DNA of 64,000 nt from Gammaproteobacteria bacterium (GTDB lineage Bacteria; Pseudomonadota; Gammaproteobacteria; Eutrophobiales; Eutrophobiaceae): the NCBI GenBank assembly GCA_965116495.1, contig OZ220696.1:1792001-1856000 (forward strand). The letters run 5' to 3'. Every line of letters begins with the position of its first letter. The stretch's first letter is position 1. A model generated the notes under the pieces. The model made no database searches and was not told where the DNA came from. It was given only the letters and a program-made list of their open reading frames with translations. The position numbers were made by a program, and so were the translations under genes. Positions 1 through 10,272 of the stretch are shown here, one piece after another.

Positions 1-607
1 GGGCTTTTGGTGTAACTGCCGTTGCCACGAAAACGGCAAGCGGTATCAAAACCAGTAAAAACGCGACATAGACCCACAATATGTCCCGCAGGGCAGGATT
101 TTCTTCTCTTAGAAACAGGACAGGGAGCAGTGTCGCCAGGATGACCCCTACCATGGTGCCCGTCTCCCGGAATCCGTTGATACGGGTTCGTGCCGTATAA
201 TCCCGCGACAACTCGGCGCCCCAGGACAAATAGGGAATCTGTACTGTAGTCCAGGCGACGTAAAATACCAGGGCCACGACGAACAGGTAAGCTTTGTCGA
301 CGGCAAAGGGCGGGCTCAGAAACAGGTACAGGCTGATCATCAACAGTGGGACGCCGGCCACGATCCAGGGTTTGCGGCGTCCCCAGGCGCCCCGGGTCTG
401 ATCAGAGAAATGTCCGATAAGGGGATCCGTGACCGCATCCCAGGCGCGTGCTATGAAAAAAATACCACCTACTGCGGCCAGTTCCAGCCCCAGTTCCGCG
501 GCGTAAAACGGCGGCACATAAATTATCAGCGGCATTCCCAGCATCGCCAGTGGGATCGCCGGCAACATATAGGCCAGCAGGGAAGTTCTGTCAGTGGCAG
601 CTCTCAT
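1..607 (-). CDS. GPH/MelB-like MFS transporter (3' part outside window)
   Basis: Hand translation from ATG 607 (RBS AAGGAG at 615-620): MRAATDRTSLLAYMLPAIPLAMLGMPLIIYVPPFY...ARAWDAVTDPLIGHFSDQTRGAWGRRKPWI. The DAxxDP..G..SD..GRR.PW signature is typical of GPH symporters. Confidence 0.85.
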   Translation of the reverse strand, partial: MRAATDRTSLLAYMLPAIPLAMLGMPLIIYVPPFYAAELGLELAAVGGIFFIARAWDAVTDPLIGHFSDQTRGAWGRRKPWIVAGVPLLMISLYLFLSPPFAVDKAYLFVVALVFYVAWTTVQIPYLSWGAELSRDYTARTRINGFRETGTMVGVILATLLPVLFLREENPALRDILWVYVAFLLVLIPLAVFVATAVTPKA

Positions 608-619
608 GTCATGACTCCT

Positions 620-2086
620 TTAATGGGGAAGTTCATGCCTTGGCCAGTAGGGCCGGGTGAATTTCCTGTACGGAATACTCGCAAAATCAAAGTTCAGGGT
701 CCCCGGACTGGCCACATATAATATCTCCGTCGCCAGGGGTGCAAAACCCGTATAAAAGTGCTGGCTGGATTTGACGATAATCATTTTCATCTCCTCCAGG
801 TTGATCCCCAACGCGGTAAATATTTCCGGATGAAGCGTCTGGCACCGATCTTCGCTGATGACAATATTCACGTTCGCAGGGCTTGCGCCCACCAGAGTTA
901 CCCAAACCAGACAACCCACGGGTTGCCGCCCACCGCCAGTATCAGGTTGCGAACAATGTTCCAGTATCGAACGCACCCTGACCCTCAGTTGTACAGGATT
1001 ACCGGATACCTCACCATGCTTGCCGCCCAGTTGCAAGTCGGTGATTGCGCCGCTACCTGCATTTTTACACCTGGCAACGGACTCGGGATCCCAGTAGACG
1101 CCGCTCGCTACCTGGCTGATGTTGCGCGACAAAACCTGCTCAAGGATAAAAGTGGCATCAGCGGGCGCACCACCGCCTGCATTATCCGCAGTATCCGCAA
1201 TAACAACAGGGGGGCGCTCGGCTGCGCAGGCACGCGTCAGCGCCTCATTAATCCCCGGGTATTGTGGATGAGTTTCATGGCGCATCGACCAGATTTCCTT
1301 ACCCAACTCTGCTGCTGCCTGAGTGGCGTGCGCCTCGTTACCATTCGTATACACCAATACTTTCGCGCCGTTGTGCTCGCTGTCACCCCAGGGGAATCCG
1401 TGACAGAAGGAAATGGAAATTATATCTTCCGTCTCTTCCAGGCCACGCAATTCTTCTACAAAACTGCCCATCGGCTGTTCGGTGGTTTTCCATGTGCTGA
1501 TCATGCGGCAATCAAACACGCTGCCAAGCGGTTGTAACCGGCCTTCCGCGATGGCTGTGCTCAGGTGAAACAACCGCTCGCCGCAGTCCATAATATCAGT
1601 GTGTGGATACTCCTTGTAAGTTATGAGCAGGTCCGCACAGTCAACCATCTCGGGCGACAGCAGGCAATGCAAGTCCAACTCTGCGCCAATCACCGTGTCA
1701 GGACCAACCAGTTGTCTGACTGCCTTTAGCAAGTCTCCTTCACAATCATCACATCCGGTGGCCAACATCGCACCGTGTAACTGCAATAACACCACGTCAA
1801 CCGGCAGCGCCTGTTCAAGGTCCGAGAGAATTTCCTGTTTGAATGTTTCATACACCGCCATGTCGACAGGGCCGCCCGGTTGGGCAACTGCACCCAGGCT
1901 CTCGACAACTTCATGCCCGGCTGCTGCCGCCATCCGCTGCCAACCGGCTAAAACCGGGCCAAACAGCTTATCCCGGCTGCTGGCATTGCCATGCCATAAA
2001 CCGAACTGTCTGAATTCATCCATCCCTGTAGGAATGGGTGAGAACGAATTTGTCTCGGTCAGCAGCAATGCAATAAAGTATTTCAC
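620..2086 (-). CDS. MlrC-like M81 family metallopeptidase/amidase
   Basis: N-terminal ETNSFSP, LHGAM, DLH, YPHTD and DNAGGGA motifs, C-terminal VKSSQHF; 488 aa. Confidence 0.85.
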   Translation of the reverse strand: MKYFIALLLTETNSFSPIPTGMDEFRQFGLWHGNASSRDKLFGPVLAGWQRMAAAAGHEVVESLGAVAQPGGPVDMAVYETFKQEILSDLEQALPVDVVLLQLHGAMLATGCDDCEGDLLKAVRQLVGPDTVIGAELDLHCLLSPEMVDCADLLITYKEYPHTDIMDCGERLFHLSTAIAEGRLQPLGSVFDCRMISTWKTTEQPMGSFVEELRGLEETEDIISISFCHGFPWGDSEHNGAKVLVYTNGNEAHATQAAAELGKEIWSMRHETHPQYPGINEALTRACAAERPPVVIADTADNAGGGAPADATFILEQVLSRNISQVASGVYWDPESVARCKNAGSGAITDLQLGGKHGEVSGNPVQLRVRVRSILEHCSQPDTGGGRQPVGCLVWVTLVGASPANVNIVISEDRCQTLHPEIFTALGINLEEMKMIIVKSSQHFYTGFAPLATEILYVASPGTLNFDFASIPYRKFTRPYWPRHELPH

Positions 2087-2095
2087 GGGACCGGC

Positions 2096-3718
2096 TTATT
2101 CCGATATTGCAGAGCGCACGAGATCTGATCCTCTCTCTCCGATCATGAGCACCGTAGCATTGGTGTTGCCGGTCACCAGGGTCGGCATGATGGACGCATC
2201 GATAACCCATAACCCGTCGACACCCCTGACCTTTAAATCCGGATCCACCACGGCTTCCGCGTCACGTCCCATCCTGCAGGTCCCGACCGGGTGGTACATT
2301 GGGAAAGCGGTGTCTTTAACGAACTCCCTGAGCTGATTACTTGCAAACACCTCTTCATCGGGATGCCGCCAACGCGCCAGGTAGCCGGCAAATGCAGGCT
2401 GTTCCGTAATCTTTCTGGCCAGCCGGCAAGCGTCGATGAGTTGTTCAATATCCTCCGCGGAATCCAGCATCGGGTAATGAATCCTGGGCGGGTCCAGCGG
2501 GTCGGGGGAACGTAGCGTGATCTCTCCCCTGCTCTGCGTCCGCATCAGGCCGACAGCACCGCCTGCGATCTTTTCCTTGCTGAGGGCGGCGTTGTTTGTG
2601 CCGATCTCTATATGAAACGGCGCCATGGTGACCTGTATGTTGGGCGTTTTAAGTTCCTCGCGGGTGCGGACAAACGCGTGGGCGTGGGCAATCGGCGTTG
2701 TCAGCAACCCCTTCCCCTTGACCAGGAACCGGAATAACTGCATCAGGTTATGTACGGGACCTGTCCGGCTTCCCAGTGTTTCACCATTCACGTCAAACGA
2801 ATAACGAATTCCCGTGTGCTCCTGCAGATTCCTGCCGACTCCCGGCGCATGCACGATAATGGGGATACCTGCCCCGTTGAGTAGCGGCCCGTCCCCGATG
2901 CCGGAAAGCTGCAGCAGTTTTGGCGTAGCAATGGCGCCCGCACTCAGTATCACGGCGGCGCGCGCGAATGCCGTATCGGACGAAGTATTGTCAACCGCAT
3001 CGGCGCGGGTGAATTCGATGCCGCCGGCCCTGTTGCCGTTAAACAGGACCCGGGTAACGCGAGTATTGAGGCGAATATGCAGGTTGTTCCGCTTGCGCAC
3101 CGGCCAAAGATATGCCCGGGCGGCAGACTCGCGCCACCCCTTGCGCTGGGCCACCTGGACGAAGTCCACCCCCTCGTGGTCTGCTCCGTTCAGGTCGTGA
3201 CTCCTGGGTATGCCGGCTTCCCGGGCGGCCCTGATCCATGCATGGGTAAGCGCACTGTCAACGTTTAAGTCTTCCACCGAGTGAGGACCTTGCCCACCCC
3301 GCCATTCGTCCCCGCCGCGCCGGTTACATTCCAGGCGCCTGAAATACGGTAACACCGACGCGTAATCCCAACCGTCACAGCCCAGCTCCGCCCAGTGGTC
3401 ATAATCATCAGGATGCCCGCGTACGAACATCATGCCGTTGATGGCGCTGCCTCCGCCCAGGCAACGCCCGCTCCACCAGTTATCCACCTTACCGGCCCGG
3501 CTCGGGTCCGGTTCGACCGCATACATCCAGTTAAACCGGGAATTGAAGACAGCGGCGCCACTGGCCGCGGGAATCCGGCTGTATGGGTGCTTGTCACTCC
3601 CCCCTGCTTCCACCAGCAGGACGGAAAGTGACGGGTCTTCGGACAGGCGTCCGGCCACTACGCAGCCGGCCGTACCGCCCCCCACTATAATGATGTCATA
3701 TTCGATAATGGCGTCCAC
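2096..3718 (-). CDS. GMC oxidoreductase (choline/alcohol dehydrogenase-like)
   Basis: GGGTAG FAD motif, GRCLGGGSAINGM, YHPVGTCRMG, GNTNATVLMIGE. Confidence 0.92.
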   Translation of the reverse strand: MDAIIEYDIIIVGGGTAGCVVAGRLSEDPSLSVLLVEAGGSDKHPYSRIPAASGAAVFNSRFNWMYAVEPDPSRAGKVDNWWSGRCLGGGSAINGMMFVRGHPDDYDHWAELGCDGWDYASVLPYFRRLECNRRGGDEWRGGQGPHSVEDLNVDSALTHAWIRAAREAGIPRSHDLNGADHEGVDFVQVAQRKGWRESAARAYLWPVRKRNNLHIRLNTRVTRVLFNGNRAGGIEFTRADAVDNTSSDTAFARAAVILSAGAIATPKLLQLSGIGDGPLLNGAGIPIIVHAPGVGRNLQEHTGIRYSFDVNGETLGSRTGPVHNLMQLFRFLVKGKGLLTTPIAHAHAFVRTREELKTPNIQVTMAPFHIEIGTNNAALSKEKIAGGAVGLMRTQSRGEITLRSPDPLDPPRIHYPMLDSAEDIEQLIDACRLARKITEQPAFAGYLARWRHPDEEVFASNQLREFVKDTAFPMYHPVGTCRMGRDAEAVVDPDLKVRGVDGLWVIDASIMPTLVTGNTNATVLMIGERGSDLVRSAISE

Positions 3719-3726
3719 TTTGTAAC

Positions 3727-3808
3727 GATACTTGGGGTCAGATACTTGGGGTCAGAGTAAAACTCATGGAGTTTTACTCTGACCCCGGATTTCCTGACCC
3801 CGGATTTC
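3727..3808. repeat. Family A palindrome (GGGGTCAGAGTAAAA...TTTTACTCTGACCCC) with duplicated outer arms
   Basis: Hairpin 3748-3786; GATACTTGGGGTCA twice on the left and CTGACCCCGGATTT twice on the right. Confidence 0.9.
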
Positions 3809-3830
3809 ATAACTCCGCAATTTCCGTAAT

Positions 3831-4319
3831 TTATGGCGAATTGTTATTACCCATATCCAGGATGACCTTCCATGTGCCGTCGCTTTGACGTTCCCACAAT
3901 AAAACATATTTGCCTTGCCGGGGTTCCGGTTGAACTTCGGCATTCCCGCTTTTAAGAATAAAATTGGATGTAAAGTTGCCGCGGGTCAGCGCCCAGTCTC
4001 CTTCCCTGATGACAGAGTCAACGGTCACGTCCAATTGCTCGATGTTGAAACTACTGTGGACGACTTCTGCAAACTGGCGTATCGCCTGCTTTCCTTCCAG
4101 CGCCGGCAATGTGTTATGCATCCCCACCGCGTCATCGGCAAATATGTCCATCCAGCGATCAGTATCACCCGTTTTATACGGCTCGATATAACCGTTGAGC
4201 ACCAATTGCTCGAAATCCCGCAAGGTCATATCATCCGCTGCTTGTTGCTCATGGTTGGAACAGCCGGTGACGGGAACCAGGAGTATCGTTATCAGGAGTA
4301 TGTTGAAACTGTAATTCAT
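3831..4319 (-). CDS. SnoaL/DUF4440 NTF2-like protein, probable lipoprotein
   Basis: Hydrophobic N-terminus with VTGC lipobox-like motif; C-terminal GKYVLLWERQSDGTWKVILDM is typical of DUF4440. Confidence 0.8.
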   Translation of the reverse strand: MNYSFNILLITILLVPVTGCSNHEQQAADDMTLRDFEQLVLNGYIEPYKTGDTDRWMDIFADDAVGMHNTLPALEGKQAIRQFAEVVHSSFNIEQLDVTVDSVIREGDWALTRGNFTSNFILKSGNAEVQPEPRQGKYVLLWERQSDGTWKVILDMGNNNSP

Positions 4320-4334
4320 AAGCGTATTCCAGGG

Positions 4335-5864
4335 TCAGTTGCCATATTTTTCCAGGTATTCTTTTTTTATGCTTTGTTTCTTTATCTTGCCGGAATCCTC
4401 ACGCGGAAGCCGGTCAACGAATTCACAGGCTCTCGGGAGCTTGAAGTTCGCCAGCCTGGTCCTAAGGTAAGCAGAGACATCGGCGCCGGTTGACGGTCCT
4501 TTTTTCTCAATGACTGCAACAAGCTTTTCACCGTACTCCGGGTCCGGGATACCGAATACGACACAATCGGTGACGCCGTCCATGGCGAGCAGCTCCGCCT
4601 CGATTTCTGCCGGGTAGATATTGACGCCTCCGGATATCACCATATCCGATTGACGGGAGGAAACAAACAGATAACCTGCCTCATCCAGGTAGCCGATATC
4701 CCCGGTGACCAGGAAACCGTTTTGATGCAGGTCCTCAACCTGCTCCTCTGCGTTAAGATAGGCAATACAGTGAGTGCCCTCATGTCTGACGCAAATTAAT
4801 CCTTCCCCAAAGGGGACACGCCGGTTTCCGTTCTCAGCGCGAATTTCAATCTCGACCCCGGGCGCCGGACGCCCGACAGTTCCTGCGCATTCCAGCCATT
4901 CAGCAGAGCTGCAGCAGGTAATTATGCCTGTTTCCGTCATGGCGTAGTATTCATAAATCACGTTCCCCCACCAATCGATCATGTTTCTTTTCACATCCAC
5001 AGGGCATGGCGCTGCACCGTGGGTGACGTGGATCAGGGAATCCAGCCGGTACCTGCTGCGGATATCATCCGGCAAATCCAGTAATCGGACAAACATGGTG
5101 GGCACCAGGTGCAGGTGGGTTATTTCATAACGCTCTATCAAGGCCAGCAGGCCTTCCGCGCTGAAGCGCGCCGTCAGGACCAGCAGTCCACCGGACTGCA
5201 GGACCATATTACCGTACCCGTTTGGCGCGGAGTGGTACAGGGGGCCTGTCATCACCGAACGGATCGGGGTTCGATCGAACCCCCAGGCAAACCTTGTTCT
5301 TGCGCTGACTTGTGCGCCGATCTCAGGGGTTACGTTTTTGCGCAGTACGGCTTTGGGCCTGCCACTGCTGCCCGATGTATAAAACATGGGCGTCCTGAAT
5401 TTTTTTTCAGGGTCTGCAAGCCCGGGGCTCTTTTCTATCCAGTCCGCCCAATCCAGGAAACCCGGCTCCCCATGATCCCCATCTCCCGTGCCACCGTAAC
5501 TGTCCAGGATCCCAGCTGGCGTGGTTACCACAATCACCGGAACACGTCGTATTACTCCTGCCAATTCTCCGGTCAGCAGGTCGGAATGAATGATGATGAC
5601 CTTTGCCTTGCAGTCGGTCAGGATGAAATTAATCTCGGCCGGCTTTAAATGCCAGTTCACCGGAACTGCATCAAACCCAAGATAGTGCGCTGCCTCATGG
5701 ACAATAAAATAAGGGATGTCATTGCGCAGGATAATAGCCACGCTGTCGTTCTCCCGAACCCCCAGGTGTCGCAGGCCGCCGGCAGCGCGCCTGGCTGCTG
5801 CATCAATGCCGCTGAACGAGCAGGACTGCCCGTCAAATGCAAGGATACCCCGTTGTGCTTCCAC
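4335..5864 (-). CDS. Acyl-CoA synthetase (AMP-binding)
   Basis: YTSGSSGRPK, YYAMTE, TGDIGY and SGGVNIYPAEIE motifs. Start moved from the ORF-track 5975 to GTG 5864 to avoid overlap; exact start uncertain. Confidence 0.88.
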   Translation of the reverse strand: MEAQRGILAFDGQSCSFSGIDAAARRAAGGLRHLGVRENDSVAIILRNDIPYFIVHEAAHYLGFDAVPVNWHLKPAEINFILTDCKAKVIIIHSDLLTGELAGVIRRVPVIVVTTPAGILDSYGGTGDGDHGEPGFLDWADWIEKSPGLADPEKKFRTPMFYTSGSSGRPKAVLRKNVTPEIGAQVSARTRFAWGFDRTPIRSVMTGPLYHSAPNGYGNMVLQSGGLLVLTARFSAEGLLALIERYEITHLHLVPTMFVRLLDLPDDIRSRYRLDSLIHVTHGAAPCPVDVKRNMIDWWGNVIYEYYAMTETGIITCCSSAEWLECAGTVGRPAPGVEIEIRAENGNRRVPFGEGLICVRHEGTHCIAYLNAEEQVEDLHQNGFLVTGDIGYLDEAGYLFVSSRQSDMVISGGVNIYPAEIEAELLAMDGVTDCVVFGIPDPEYGEKLVAVIEKKGPSTGADVSAYLRTRLANFKLPRACEFVDRLPREDSGKIKKQSIKKEYLEKYGN

Positions 5865-5881
5865 TTCAGCGGGAATGCACG

Positions 5882-6916
5882 TCAGGGGCGTGTTGGAAGA
5901 AGGCCCCGGGCCAACCCATCGCTGCCGCGTTTGACCAGTCCAGCAAAACCATCGATGTCGATATTCGAACCACAAACGATCGCGGCGACCCGCTTACCCC
6001 TGAGCCGCTCTGCGAGCGGCCCGAAGGCGGCAGCCGTGGTCGCTGCACCGGCAGGTTCAACCGCCAGTTTTCCATGTTCAAACAATATGGCTGCTGCGGC
6101 TGCAAGTTCATCGTCCGATACCAGCACAAGGTCGTCCAGTGAGCGCTCACACATTGAAAAGCAGTAATCGGTGGTAAACGGGGGAGCCAGGCTGTCGGCT
6201 ATCGTAGACAGTTCAGTCAAGCTCTGCGCCGAACCTGCCGCCAGGCTTTTCTGCATCACCGCGGCGCCTTCGGGTTCCACCCCGTACACCTTGCATTTTG
6301 AACTCAACAGCTTGGTAACCACTCCGACACCGGAACATAATCCGCCGGCTCCTATGGGCACGACTACCGCGTCCAGTCCCTCCACCGCGTTGTGCAGTTC
6401 CAGCCCGCAGGTGCCGGTCCCTTCCGTCACCCTGAAACCTTCAAACGGGTGAATAAAGGTCCGTCCCTCCTGTTCCACTATTTCCTCAACCATCCTGAAG
6501 CCGATGGGCCCGTTTTCCGCGATCAGGATTTCAGCCCCGAGATTGCGGGCAATCTCAATCCGGGCCGGGTTGGCGCTGGCCTGCATCACCACTTTTGCGC
6601 TGGTGTTGACGCAGCGGGCCGCATAGGCAGCGGCAATGGCGTGGTTACCGGAACTCATTGCGGTGATACCCCGGGTCAACTGGTCAGCGGACAGGTCCAG
6701 CGCATTATTGACCGCGCCGCGCACCTTGAATGTTCCGGTTCGCTGGAACAACTCCAGTTTTAAAAACAATTCCGTGTCTGCTCCCAGCCTGGAGGCGACC
6801 GTATCTCCGGACCAGTGAAAGGCCGGCGTCATCCGTATATAAGGCGCCAGTCTCGCTGCAGTTAAGCGGACTTCCTCCAGGGTCGGCGCCTTGTGTTTGT
6901 TCGATTCGGCGTTCAA
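5882..6916 (-). CDS. PLP-dependent threonine/serine dehydratase family protein
   Basis: KLELFQRTGTFKVRGA PLP lysine motif, SSGNHA, PIGAGGL, VCGSNID. Confidence 0.88.
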   Translation of the reverse strand: MNAESNKHKAPTLEEVRLTAARLAPYIRMTPAFHWSGDTVASRLGADTELFLKLELFQRTGTFKVRGAVNNALDLSADQLTRGITAMSSGNHAIAAAYAARCVNTSAKVVMQASANPARIEIARNLGAEILIAENGPIGFRMVEEIVEQEGRTFIHPFEGFRVTEGTGTCGLELHNAVEGLDAVVVPIGAGGLCSGVGVVTKLLSSKCKVYGVEPEGAAVMQKSLAAGSAQSLTELSTIADSLAPPFTTDYCFSMCERSLDDLVLVSDDELAAAAAILFEHGKLAVEPAGAATTAAAFGPLAERLRGKRVAAIVCGSNIDIDGFAGLVKRGSDGLARGLLPTRP

Positions 6917-7030
6917 TGATTTTTACCAGTCAGTTATCTGATTGCTTCCTGAAGTCAGGGAATATACGGCAAAACCTGCAACCGGGTTTATTCAGGACAA
7001 CGATTATGCTATTGCAAACAGGCAGGTTTG

Positions 7031-8077
7031 CTACATAACGGTCGGGATACGTTCCGCCCTTACCTGCCTGGGCGTGACGCCAAAATGCTTTCTGAATGCC
7101 GTGGTAAAATTGCTCGAATACTCATATCCCACATTCATGGCGATTTGAGTGATCGTCAGTTCCGTATTGGCCAGTAATTCACAGGCTTTTTCCATGCGGG
7201 CGCGGTGCTGGTAATTATGTACGGTCGTGCCTACAGCCTGCCTGAACACCCGCATCAACTGGGTCTCGTTCCATGACAGGGATTTGGCCAGGTCGTTGAT
7301 GGTATGCGTTGTGGACAGGTCATTTTCGAGAATCTCACATATCTCCGCGACACGCCTGATGTCTTTTTGCCTGAGCGGGATTTTGTCCGACCCCGGGCTA
7401 GACCACATCTTTGATAACTGGTCCAGGGTGTAGCAAAGCAACTCCAGCGTTTTCGCTTCAATCTGCAACTGTCTCAGGTGTCCCGTATAATTCGTTTCAA
7501 ACAGGGACTTTACCGCAGAGACCATCTCCGGACGCATGCCTACCGCACAGTAATACATGTCCTTCTGCTCACCGTACAGGAACTGCCCTATAGGCGTGGA
7601 CATCAACAGTGACGTGCCGGAAATAATTTCCTCCAGAAAAGGCAGGTCACACAGCAGTGTCACCGACTGCTCATGCTGGTGTGCAGGAAAACACTCGATC
7701 TTTTTCATGCCGGAAGGCTGTATAAGAACACCGAAAGTCATAGGGTCCACCGGCTCGAGTTCACCGCCCTCGGTCCCTATCTCGCTGCTGCCGCTGTAAC
7801 GGAAATGGAACTTGACCACGTCGCCGCTCTCGCTGAGATCACTGTGGGCGTAGTCGTGTTCCACGTCGCCTATCAGGACGGCCAGACCCTTCCTGACCAT
7901 ACAGATGTCCTTGATGCCGTGGGTCTCCGGCGCCGGCGTTGCCACTCTTAATCCAAACTGGCGGTCATAGGGTTGTTGATCCAGGGGTGCGTATTGGGGT
8001 GGTATGTTCGTGAACAAGGCAGGAGCGGCATGTCCCCGTTTTATTCGTTCGGCCTTTTCCTGTTTGTTTTCAGACAT
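7031..8077 (-). CDS. AraC-family regulator (PchR/YbtA-like)
   Basis: EAKTLELL segment and C-terminal HTH ITQIAMNVGYEYSSNFTTAFRKHFGVTP. Confidence 0.88.
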   Translation of the reverse strand: MSENKQEKAERIKRGHAAPALFTNIPPQYAPLDQQPYDRQFGLRVATPAPETHGIKDICMVRKGLAVLIGDVEHDYAHSDLSESGDVVKFHFRYSGSSEIGTEGGELEPVDPMTFGVLIQPSGMKKIECFPAHQHEQSVTLLCDLPFLEEIISGTSLLMSTPIGQFLYGEQKDMYYCAVGMRPEMVSAVKSLFETNYTGHLRQLQIEAKTLELLCYTLDQLSKMWSSPGSDKIPLRQKDIRRVAEICEILENDLSTTHTINDLAKSLSWNETQLMRVFRQAVGTTVHNYQHRARMEKACELLANTELTITQIAMNVGYEYSSNFTTAFRKHFGVTPRQVRAERIPTVM

Positions 8078-8212
8078 GGTCAGACCCCCTGTAGCTATTG
8101 CTTTGTACCGTCACGGATTAAACCCGGGCCGTTGTACGTAATTTTTCACACTGATACCGGACTTTATTACATAATGACACCTGTTTACAAACCCGATTAT
8201 GAGAGATTAACC

Positions 8213-9694
8213 ATGTCAACCGGATTACGAAGAAGAGACGTCTTACGCCAACTCGGCGCTCTCGGGATAACAGGCGCCATCGGCCAACTGTATTCAGGTT
8301 CATTGTCCGGCCGGCCGGGTGAAGCTGCAACCGGGCTGGCCGGACTGGTGGCGGGCGAAGTCGTGAACCGGGATGATGGGCAATACGAGGCCTGGCGCAA
8401 CAGCATGGTCTGGCACCTGAGGAAACCCGCGCGTTACCCCGATGCGATTGTCAGGGTACAGTCCGAGCAGGATGTGATCAGCGCGGTGAAATTTGCCACC
8501 GACAACGGGCTCAAGGTGTCGGCCAGGAGCAGCGGCCATAATTCCACCGGGGCCGCGTTGCGGGACGGCGGACTATTGATTGACCTCGCGTTGTTGCGGG
8601 ACGTCGAAATAGATGCCGGCCGAAAAACTGCACGAATACAACCGGCGCTCTGGTCCGAGCAACTTGTCCGGGAGGCAGGCAAACACGGCCTCTCTTTCCC
8701 TGCCGCACACTGCCCTACGCTAGCCCTGGGAGGGTACCTGCTCGGTGGTGGTGTCGGCTGGAACCATGCCCACTGGGGAGGCGTTGCCTGCCATTCGATT
8801 AAAAGCGCCGATATAATCCTGGCCGGCGGCAGGAAGGTGACCGCCAGTCAGGATACTTATCCCGACCTGTTCTGGGCCGTGCGCGGCGCCGGTCCGGGGT
8901 TTTTCGGTGCCGTTACGCAGTTGGAGTTACAGTTGTATCCGTTGCCGCAGTCCATATACACCAGTATGTATATTTCCCCGCTCGATAACCTGCCCGCTGT
9001 CGTTAATTCACTGGATGAACTCAACAGGATCAAGGATGAGCGTGTCGAAATTCTGGTGCTGCTGATGCAGAACCCGCAAGCGCCTGAGACTACGCCGGCG
9101 CAACAGGCCAAGGTATGCCTGGTTGGGGTAAATGCCTTTGCCGATTCGGAGGATGAAGCAAAGTTAATGCTGGCGCCGTTTGCAGACAGTGAACTTGCCG
9201 CCGCCAGCGGCTTCAGGCTGGAGGACCAACCGGGTTCGTTTGCACAGCTGTATAACCCGGAAAACGTCGATTCCGGGATCGGCCGGTACATGGTCGACAA
9301 CGTCTGGACCGACGACCCGGGACAGGCCCTGCTGTCCGTGGCGGAACATTTCAGGAAGACTCCGTCAACCCGCACCCACGTGCTGTGCTCCTACGGAGTT
9401 AAGGCGGAACTGCGTGATGATGCCTGCTTCTCACGTATCGGCAACCACTACGTGGCCAACTACCTGCTCTGGAATGACGCAGAGCATGACGAGGCCAACC
9501 ACGCCTGGCTGAGACAGGCAAACGACCTGTTGCAACCTTACAGCAAGGGCACTTACGTCAATGAAATTGAGGCAACCCTGTTCCCCGAGAGAATTAAATC
9601 CTCCTTTTCCGAAGAGAGCTGGGAGCGTCTTGCCGAACTGCGTAATAAATACGATCCGGATAACGTCTTTCATACCTGGCTCGGGTACTCATAA
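8213..9694 (+). CDS. Tat-exported FAD-linked oxidase (BBE/6-hydroxy-D-nicotine oxidase-like)
   Basis: Start ATG 8213 gives MSTGLRRRDVL (twin arginine). RSSGHN is the putative covalent-FAD His motif; C-terminal RLAELRNKYDPDNVF is the BBE motif. Confidence 0.85.
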   Translation: MSTGLRRRDVLRQLGALGITGAIGQLYSGSLSGRPGEAATGLAGLVAGEVVNRDDGQYEAWRNSMVWHLRKPARYPDAIVRVQSEQDVISAVKFATDNGLKVSARSSGHNSTGAALRDGGLLIDLALLRDVEIDAGRKTARIQPALWSEQLVREAGKHGLSFPAAHCPTLALGGYLLGGGVGWNHAHWGGVACHSIKSADIILAGGRKVTASQDTYPDLFWAVRGAGPGFFGAVTQLELQLYPLPQSIYTSMYISPLDNLPAVVNSLDELNRIKDERVEILVLLMQNPQAPETTPAQQAKVCLVGVNAFADSEDEAKLMLAPFADSELAAASGFRLEDQPGSFAQLYNPENVDSGIGRYMVDNVWTDDPGQALLSVAEHFRKTPSTRTHVLCSYGVKAELRDDACFSRIGNHYVANYLLWNDAEHDEANHAWLRQANDLLQPYSKGTYVNEIEATLFPERIKSSFSEESWERLAELRNKYDPDNVFHTWLGYS

Positions 9695-9740
9695 CGTCAA
9701 ATGTTCCAAATATAAAATAACAAGGCAGGAGGTTACAAAC

Positions 9741-10217
9741 GTGCATACAGACAAACAATATACCGATCAACTGGCTATCGAGATCATCGAGTTGCACCGT
9801 TTTTTTGAAGACTGGTTCGGTGGCTACTGCGAGGACAGCGAGCAGGTATTTACGAAACGCCTGCTGGACCGGATGCACGAGAATTTCAGCATTATCCTGC
9901 CTGGCGGCATGATTCTTAACGGTGCCGATTTCTGGCCGGAGTTCAGGAAACTGTACGGCAGCAACCCGGATTTCCACATCAGCATCCGCGCAGTCCGGCA
10001 GACGCCGTTGCCCGCTGATTCGGTGCACCTCGTCACCTACGAGGAATGGCAGAGGAACGCCCTGCAATCCAAACCACAGGACAACGGGCGGCTGTCTTCA
10101 GCCGTTTTTGTCGACGATGAGGATGCGCCTAACGGTATAAAGTGGTTCCGTGTACATGAGACATGGCTACCCGATGCCGTCATTACGGCTGAGGCGTACG
10201 ACTGGGAACACAGTTAA
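9741..10217 (+). CDS. NTF2-like (DUF4440-related) protein
   Basis: GTG start after GGAGG; EIIELHRFFEDWF ... VTYEEWQ ... RLSSA ... WFRVHETWL pattern. Confidence 0.7.
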   Translation: MHTDKQYTDQLAIEIIELHRFFEDWFGGYCEDSEQVFTKRLLDRMHENFSIILPGGMILNGADFWPEFRKLYGSNPDFHISIRAVRQTPLPADSVHLVTYEEWQRNALQSKPQDNGRLSSAVFVDDEDAPNGIKWFRVHETWLPDAVITAEAYDWEHS

Positions 10218-10234
10218 AGAAAAGGAGACATGAA

Positions 10235-10269
10235 GAACAGGGGACAGATTTAAAATCTCTCCCCTGTTC
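10235..10269. repeat. Family B palindrome (GGGGACAGAT...), possible bidirectional terminator
   Basis: GAACAGGGGACAGATTTAAAATCTCTCCCCTGTTC between convergent genes. Confidence 0.75.
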
Positions 10270-10272
10270 CTC

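Noticed and set aside
620-2086. Microcystin degradation cluster
   Set aside because: Only an MlrC-family gene is present; no mlrA, mlrB or mlrD is visible, and the family is widespread.
7973-8212. 5' extension of the 573-aa ORF
   Set aside because: It overlaps the divergent AraC gene; the Tat signal begins at ATG 8213.
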